64,000 bases of DNA. It comes from an uncultured Actinomycetota bacterium. GTDB lineage: Bacteria; Actinomycetota; Actinomycetes; JAHEKZ01. The position numbers and the translations under genes are program-made. The notes under the pieces were generated by a model that was not told the origin of the DNA, did not search any database, and saw only the letters and a list, made by a program, of their open reading frames with translations. Location: contig CAWHIJ010000003.1 in NCBI GenBank assembly GCA_963829525.1, positions 384,001-448,000 on the forward strand. The letters run 5' to 3'. Below, piece after piece: positions 58,807-64,000 of the stretch. Within the stretch, counting starts at the first letter, position 1. The number at the start of each line of letters is the position of its first letter.

Positions 58807-58880
58807 GATTCGTGCTGCGCCTGCGGAGCATTACCCATGTCCGAGGTGGGTGATCCTCCGCAAACGGCGAACGTCGAATC
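58807..58880. repeat. 74-bp imperfect palindrome (REP/MITE-like)
   Basis: Nested stems GATTCG/CGAATC, CGCC/GGCG, TGCGGAG/CTCCGCA, ATTACCCAT/GTGGGTGAT. A partial copy of the right arm lies at 46198-46219. Confidence 0.6.
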
Positions 58881-58899
58881 GTTGAAGCAACAGTGGGTG

Positions 58900-58925
58900 G
58901 TTTAAGCCGCCGCCTCCCGGGGAAC
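58900..58925 (+). promoter_or_regulatory. Possible SigF/SigB-type promoter
   Basis: GTTT-N16-GGGAAC upstream of the stress-type operon. Confidence 0.45.
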
Positions 58926-59001
58926 TCACATGGTCGGCGGGTCAATCGAGACCCGGCCCAGTGAACGGGCGCAAGCTCGCCTTCCCCAATCGGAGGATCT
59001 A

Positions 59002-59706
59002 ATGACACAGCAGTCTGGAGCGACCAACGGTCTTACGGGTGAGCAGACGCAGAGTCGTCCCCTCTCAGGAGCTGGCGCACACCGCAGCTCGAACGTGGTC
59101 ATTGACGACACCCGGGAGTCAACGTCGGAGCGGGAGTATCGCGACCATGACGACAGCACTCGCGGCGTCGCATTACCCACGGGCAGCCGAATCCGCGGTG
59201 GCCCCGTCTGGGCCGGATTCGTGATCGGCTTCGCTACCTGGATCTTGCTCGAGCTCGCCCTCTTCGCGCTTGACCTCGGCGCTCTCGCGGCCAACGTCGT
59301 GCCAAGCGCCGACAACTCCGCGTGGTGGTGGTCGGGTATCGCCGGCGCCATCGCGTTTTTCCTCGGTGGGTTGGTCGCTGGAGCGTCCAACACATCCGAC
59401 GACGTCTCGGACGGCCTGCTGCACGGCATCACAGTGTGGAGCCTGACCGTTGTCGTGCTGATCGCTCTGTCGGCTACAGGTGCGGGCATCGGCTTCGGGG
59501 TCTTTGGTGACATCCTCGCGACCACTCCTTCATTGGCTGACGCCAGTAGCTCGGCCATCAACGACGCTCAGTCCGCTGCAGGAGCAGCGCTACTGGCATT
59601 GACCGTGGCTTTGGTGGCTGCCGCCCTTGGGGGCGCCCTCGGAGCCAAGATCTGGCCGCGGAACGACGACGTCGTCGACCTGCGCGACCGCCGCTACGTC
59701 CGCTAA
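59002..59706 (+). CDS. Membrane protein (YrzE-like, 4 TM)
   Basis: GGAGG RBS, PVWAGFVIG, FFLGGLVAG, GLLHGITVW. Confidence 0.7.
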   Translation: MTQQSGATNGLTGEQTQSRPLSGAGAHRSSNVVIDDTRESTSEREYRDHDDSTRGVALPTGSRIRGGPVWAGFVIGFATWILLELALFALDLGALAANVVPSADNSAWWWSGIAGAIAFFLGGLVAGASNTSDDVSDGLLHGITVWSLTVVVLIALSATGAGIGFGVFGDILATTPSLADASSSAINDAQSAAGAALLALTVALVAAALGGALGAKIWPRNDDVVDLRDRRYVR

Positions 59707-59739
59707 GTACCTGTCAGATCTACCAGCAAGGAGAAGCAA

Positions 59740-60906
59740 ATGTCTCAACGCTCTGAACGTCGGCTATCGAAAGCCGCAGCGGCGGGGATCAAGGAACTGC
59801 CGACCAACACTGCCTGGCTGATTTCAAAGGCGTTTGCCCCGGTTGCTCAGGGCACCGCAAGCGTGACGAGCACGGTGGGTGAGAGCGTCTCCGAACTTGC
59901 CTCATCGGCCGCCGAGTCGGTTGTCGCCGGCAGTCGTCGCACGGCCGAGCGGGCCATCGGGACGGTGTCGGGGAACCACTCGACGGCGGATCTGATGGCG
60001 CGGGCCGAGCGGGCTGCTCAACGAGCGCAGGAGAAGGAGTCACGAGCGCTTCTGCTCGCACAGCAGGCCAAGGACGACGCCGCCACCGCCCGCAAGACTG
60101 CGACGGCTGCAACGGCCATGCAGGAGCGGGCGCAGCGTGATGCGGAAGAGAACATTGCGTTACGTGTGGAACAGGCTGAGCGTGAGGCAGGCGCAGCGGT
60201 TGCCGAGGTCGTAAGAGAGCGTGAAGAGCGAGAGCAGCGCGCTCGTGCGGCTGCCGAGCAGCACATTAAGGGCGTGCGATCCGAGGTAGAGGCTGCTGCC
60301 CAGAAGGAGTTGGCCAAAATCACTGCGAGCGCACAACATCAGGCACAGCAGGCGCACCAGCAGGCGGAGGAGTCCGAAACACGCGCCACCATTGCGATCG
60401 AGGACGCCAGGGCCGCACTCGCCGATGCTGAAGAGCTGGCCAACCAGGCCGCTCATGCGGCAGAGCAGGCGGCTGCCGAGGCCAACCGCGAGGCCGAGCG
60501 CCTGGCTCAAGAGGCCAAGGAGCGCGCACGCGAAGCCAAGAATCGCGCCGCCGAGGCCAATCGAGTTCGCGAGCGGGCCAGCCGGAGCAACGGCAACGGC
60601 GCTTCACCGTCGAACGGCCGAACCCCATCGAACGGCCGAACCCCGTCGAACGGCGGAGCGCTGGTGATCGACGACGAAGAGCAGCTCAGAGCACTTACGA
60701 AGCAAGATCTCGTCGCCTTCGCGCAGGAGCTTGATCTGGAGGCGGCGGCGTCCATGAACAAGGCCGAACTCGTGCGTGTGCTCGCCAGTGAGGGCGTCCC
60801 GGTCGATCTCTTGACCAAGCGGGATCTGCTGCGTCTGGCCGAAAGTCAGGGCATCGAGGTGCGGACCTCGATGAGCAAGCCAGAGCTGATCGAGTCCATC
60901 TCGTAG
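59740..60906 (+). CDS. Ala/Glu-rich coiled-coil protein with two C-terminal Rho-N/HeH-like domains
   Basis: Long heptad region, then LTKQDLVAFAQEL..SMNKAELV and LTKRDLLRLAESQGIE.RTSMSKPELI. Confidence 0.75.
   Translation: MSQRSERRLSKAAAAGIKELPTNTAWLISKAFAPVAQGTASVTSTVGESVSELASSAAESVVAGSRRTAERAIGTVSGNHSTADLMARAERAAQRAQEKESRALLLAQQAKDDAATARKTATAATAMQERAQRDAEENIALRVEQAEREAGAAVAEVVREREEREQRARAAAEQHIKGVRSEVEAAAQKELAKITASAQHQAQQAHQQAEESETRATIAIEDARAALADAEELANQAAHAAEQAAAEANREAERLAQEAKERAREAKNRAAEANRVRERASRSNGNGASPSNGRTPSNGRTPSNGGALVIDDEEQLRALTKQDLVAFAQELDLEAAASMNKAELVRVLASEGVPVDLLTKRDLLRLAESQGIEVRTSMSKPELIESIS
60607..60654 (+). repeat. 18-bp coding tandem repeat (PSNGRT) x2.7
   Basis: CCRTCGAACGGCCGAACC repeats. 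Confidence 0.8.
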
Positions 60907-60951
60907 CACCTGTTGCTGCGAATCATCGAACAACCAAGGGATCGAGGAATC

Positions 60952-61131
60952 ATGGGACTGTTTACGCCGAAGAGTAAGAAAGACATGGCCATCGAAGCTG
61001 CCACCGCCGCAGTGACCAGCGGAGGTGCGATACGCGCGGTCAAGGTGGTCGGGGGCGCAGTCGCCGGCCTCGTCACAGTTACCGCCGCGAGTGCCGCGAT
61101 CTCGGCGGCTCGCGAGCAGAAGCCGTCGTGA
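60952..61131 (+). CDS. Small hypothetical protein
   Basis: GAGG RBS, hydrophobic segment, GTGA overlap with the next gene. Confidence 0.6.
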   Translation: MGLFTPKSKKDMAIEAATAAVTSGGAIRAVKVVGGAVAGLVTVTAASAAISAAREQKPS

Positions 61132-61403
61132 AACTGACGAGCCTGGCGCTGTTCGGTGCAGGTTACGTGCTCGGCACCAAGGCCGGTCGTGAACGGTACG
61201 AGCAGATCCTGGAGCTGACCACCAAGGCGGCCCGCAACAACCTTGGGCAGAAAAGCGCCCGGGACCGAATCATCGAGTACGCCAACGGCGGCGAGCCGTT
61301 GGTGCCGGCATTCGGTGGGTCGGGCGGCTTCTTTGCACGTACTGCCAGCAGCGATCTGAACGGGTCGTCGTCGGCGTCCACCGAACAGCGCACTGGTCAC
61401 TGA
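61128..61403 (+). CDS. YtxH-like small protein
   Basis: GAGYVLGTKAGRERYEQI motif. Confidence 0.75.
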   Translation: MKLTSLALFGAGYVLGTKAGRERYEQILELTTKAARNNLGQKSARDRIIEYANGGEPLVPAFGGSGGFFARTASSDLNGSSSASTEQRTGH

Positions 61404-61732
61404 TGAATCGCGCCGAGCACGAGGTGCAAGCGTACGTCGAGGCCCGACTGCTCGGCGTCCGCTTGCTCACGCTGCGCGCGCGCGTTCTCACGAGAGTGCC
61501 CGCCTCAGCGCACGAGGGCTCGGTGGTGGGCGCTTCCCGCTTGGAGACCTCGAAACCGAAAGAGTTGAGTTCGATAAAGACTCATGCGGGGCCGGGGGAG
61601 TTGGGACAAGCAATCGCCTTGCTGCACCAGAGCTCGAGTGAGTTGCAGGAACTGACAGCTGAGCAGCCGCGTCGCGCGAGGACCAAGACTCGCACGCAAC
61701 CAGGCACCACGCAGCGAGGACCGCGAACATGA
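61403..61732 (+). CDS. Hypothetical protein
   Basis: Translationally coupled (TGATG and ATGA overlaps) within the operon. Confidence 0.5.
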   Translation: MNRAEHEVQAYVEARLLGVRLLTLRARVLTRVPASAHEGSVVGASRLETSKPKELSSIKTHAGPGELGQAIALLHQSSSELQELTAEQPRRARTKTRTQPGTTQRGPRT

Positions 61733-62028
61733 GACTCGATCCGGTGCAGATCAAGACGGTGCTACAGGGTTTGCCGGGTTGGCAGGTGGAGGACGGCGCG
61801 CTGGTGCGCGGCATCCCGGTGACAGAGGACAGTCGCGGGGCCCTCGTTGAGGCCATCGCAAACGTGGCTGCTGACTTTCCCGCGCAACCAGAGGTGCACC
61901 TACAGCCCGATGTGGTGGTGGTTCGCGTAGGAGATCCGGCGGGATCAGGTGTGACCCCCCGGGACGTCGACCTGGCCGCCGCTATCGACAGCGTGCTCGT
62001 TGGGTCTGCCCGCGACGAAGGCAGCTGA
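61729..62028 (+). CDS. Pterin-4a-carbinolamine dehydratase-like protein lacking the HH motif
   Basis: LPGWQVEDGALVR..QPEV..GVTPRDVDLAAAID. Confidence 0.7.
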   Translation: MRLDPVQIKTVLQGLPGWQVEDGALVRGIPVTEDSRGALVEAIANVAADFPAQPEVHLQPDVVVVRVGDPAGSGVTPRDVDLAAAIDSVLVGSARDEGS

Positions 62029-62050
62029 ACACTTCGTCGGCGAGAAGCTC

Positions 62051-62620
62051 TCACTCCGACGTGGTTTGGGCTGCCGTCTTCTGTTGTTTCTTGTAGTCGC
62101 GCACCTTCTGCAGCGAGTCGGCGTCCACCACGTCCGCGACCGAGCGGTAGCCCTTCAGCCCGTAGTCGCCAGCGATCGTCTTCCAGCCGCGTGGCCGAAC
62201 GTCGAGTTGTTTGGCGAGCAAGGCCATGAAGATCTTGGCCTTCTGCTTGCCGAAGCCGGGGAGTTCCTGGATACGCGTGAAGAGCGCTGCCCCGGTCATC
62301 GGTTCGGTCCATAGGCGCGTGACGTCGCCGTCGTACTTATCCTCGACGAGTGCCGCGAGATCTTGCAGTCGGGCGGCCATCGATCCGGGGAACCGATGGA
62401 TGGCCGGGGGCAAGCTGCACAGCGCTTTGAACTCGTCCGGGTCCGCGGCGGCGATGGCTGCTGGGTCGAGGGTGCCGAACCGACTGAGCACCTTGTACCC
62501 GCCGCGAAATGCGTGCTCCATGCCGTACTGCTGGTCGAGCATCATCCCGATGACCAGGGCGAACGGGTACTCGTTGAGCACCTGGTCAGCGGCAGGTTCT
62601 CCGGTCATCTGGAATCCCAT
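62051..62620 (-). CDS. HhH-GPD-type base excision repair protein
   Basis: GMMLDQQ, AIHRFPGSMA, LPGFGKQKA, SVADV. Confidence 0.88.
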   Translation of the reverse strand: MGFQMTGEPAADQVLNEYPFALVIGMMLDQQYGMEHAFRGGYKVLSRFGTLDPAAIAAADPDEFKALCSLPPAIHRFPGSMAARLQDLAALVEDKYDGDVTRLWTEPMTGAALFTRIQELPGFGKQKAKIFMALLAKQLDVRPRGWKTIAGDYGLKGYRSVADVVDADSLQKVRDYKKQQKTAAQTTSE

Positions 62621-62690
62621 GGCTGTGATCGTCTCACGACCGAGTGCGTCACCCAGGTGTGCCCTCGAGGAACGGGAATAGCATCGACCA

Positions 62691-63101
62691 ATGACCGATC
62701 CGACTCCGTATCTGCAACTTCCCGGCACCGCTCGTCAAGCGCTCACCTTCTATGGTGCCGTATTCGGCGGCAAGGCTCAGATGCACACATTTGCCGAGTT
62801 TGGCCGCACCGATGGACCGCCCGATGCGATTGCCCACGGGTATCTGACGGACGGACCCGTCGCGGTCTTTGCAGCCGATGTGGCCGGTGACGAGCCCTCG
62901 CTCCGGTGCGAGGGCATCATGCTGTCGCTGCTGGGAACGGCCGATCCAACGACCCTGCGCCGGTGGTTCGCTGGCCTATCCGAGGAAGGCCGGGTCGTCG
63001 ACGAACTGCAGGCGCGAGGTTGGGGAGCCTCTGATGGTCAGGTGATCGACCGCTTCGGCGTCCACTGGCTGATCGGGTTCGAAGGCGACGAGGGCAGCTG
63101 A
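62691..63101 (+). CDS. VOC/PhnB-like protein
   Basis: PYLQLPGTARQALTFY, IAHGYL, WGASDGQVIDRFGVHW. Confidence 0.85.
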   Translation: MTDPTPYLQLPGTARQALTFYGAVFGGKAQMHTFAEFGRTDGPPDAIAHGYLTDGPVAVFAADVAGDEPSLRCEGIMLSLLGTADPTTLRRWFAGLSEEGRVVDELQARGWGASDGQVIDRFGVHWLIGFEGDEGS

Positions 63102-63162
63102 GCCGCCAGCCATTCATGCCGTTTGCTGGACTGCGGACCCGAAGCGGGAGCATCATCTGTAG

Positions 63163-64000
63163 GTGGACCTTCTCGAGCGGGAGGATTTCCTCGCGCTGCT
63201 CGATGAATACGCGCGCGACGCCGCGGGCGGGGACAGCCGGGTCGTCCTGATCGCTGGTGAGGCCGGTGTCGGCAAGACGGCTCTCGTCGAGGAGCTGCAG
63301 CACCGCAGGCCCGATGACCGCTGGCTGTGGGGGGCCTGCGACGGCTCGTTCACGCCGCAGCCGCTCGCGCCGCTTCTCGACGTGGCCGACCAGCTCGGTG
63401 GTGAGCTGGCCGAGCTGTGTCGATCGGCGGAGCCTCCCCGCGGCACGGTGTTCCGGTTGCTCCGCGACGAGCTCACCGTGTCCGATGGCCTCACCGTCCT
63501 GGTTTTCGAGGACGTGCATTGGGCCGACGAGGCGAGTCTGGACCTCATCCAGTTCCTCAGCCGGCGGGTGCGTGACTGCCGCCTGTTGATCCTCACGACA
63601 TACCGGGACGACGCGCTGGTGCGTGACCACCCCCTTCGCGCGCTGCTCGGCGAGGTCGGCACGCATCGGTGGGCGCGGCGGATCTCCCTGCCGACGCTGT
63701 CGCCGGACGCGGTCTCGACGATGGCGTCGGCATATGGCGTTGACGGCGGACCCGTCTATGAGCTCACGGGCGGCAACCCGTTCTACGTCCGTGAGGCGTT
63801 GGCGTCGTCCGGTGACCAGCTGTTGACGTCGGTGCACGACGCGGTCCAGGCGCGCATCTGCCGACTCTCAGCTGAAGGGCGAAACCTCGTCGACTGGGTT
63901 GCCGTGCTGGGGTCGTCCGCGAAGGTCACTGACCTGGAGAAGCTCGCCACCGTCACGCCGGACGTGCTGGACGAGTGCGTCGCCTCTGGCGCCCTCGTCG
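63163..64000 (+). CDS. AAA ATPase (LuxR-type STAND regulator), runs off window end
   Basis: MDLLERE..LIAGEAGVGKT..FEDVHWADEAS..TYRDD..TGGNPFYVRE. Absent from the ORF track because no stop lies in the window. Confidence 0.88.
   Translation, partial: MDLLEREDFLALLDEYARDAAGGDSRVVLIAGEAGVGKTALVEELQHRRPDDRWLWGACDGSFTPQPLAPLLDVADQLGGELAELCRSAEPPRGTVFRLLRDELTVSDGLTVLVFEDVHWADEASLDLIQFLSRRVRDCRLLILTTYRDDALVRDHPLRALLGEVGTHRWARRISLPTLSPDAVSTMASAYGVDGGPVYELTGGNPFYVREALASSGDQLLTSVHDAVQARICRLSAEGRNLVDWVAVLGSSAKVTDLEKLATVTPDVLDECVASGALV

Noticed and set aside
57221-59008. 595-aa antisense ORF (and similar long shadow ORFs at 24639-25985, 29006-30334, 40168-41298, 62917-63837)
   Set aside because: Typical high-GC antisense shadows of well-supported genes, with no recognisable motifs
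60607-60654. Short repeats as a CRISPR array or SOS boxes (TCGAAC)
   Set aside because: In-frame 18-bp coding repeats with no spacers, no cas genes and no GTTCGA half-site

Overview
High-GC, densely coding chromosomal window of an actinobacterium (Actinomycetota). The assignment rests on the gene families, an actinobacterial LexA box and probable leaderless starts. I saw no rRNA, tRNA, CRISPR array, transposase or integrase. Main blocks: (1) 1.5-15 kb, a loose amide/amine catabolic cluster (MOSC, SDR, cyclase/formamidase, GlcG-like, DMFase large-subunit-like, C45 Ntn-hydrolase, class II aldolase, polyamine-type ABC); (2) 15-31 kb, fda, arsC, SulP, gadB, MFS, CPA antiporter, a holin-like/phosphodiesterase fusion, a MalT-like regulator and several paralogous small membrane proteins (SHOCT, DUF7144-like, DUF6325-like), plus a 38-aa Cys-rich microprotein absent from the ORF track as such, behind a CsoR-type operator; (3) 33.9-43.8 kb, a DeoR-regulated sugar operon (ABC, GH4, SIS, PfkB, GatZ) implying an aldolase-free tagatose-6-P route; (4) 44-54 kb, an accessory patchwork (SOS-boxed AlkB, NrtR with operator, hemerythrin-TetR-SRPBCC, two TA modules, deleted gene remnants); (5) 54-59 kb, a LiuR-controlled leucine/acyl-CoA cluster; (6) 59-62 kb, a probable SigF/SigB stress operon, then HhH-GPD, VOC and a truncated AAA-LuxR gene. 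Several small frameshifts may be assembly errors. All family calls come from motif recognition by eye; no database searches were run.
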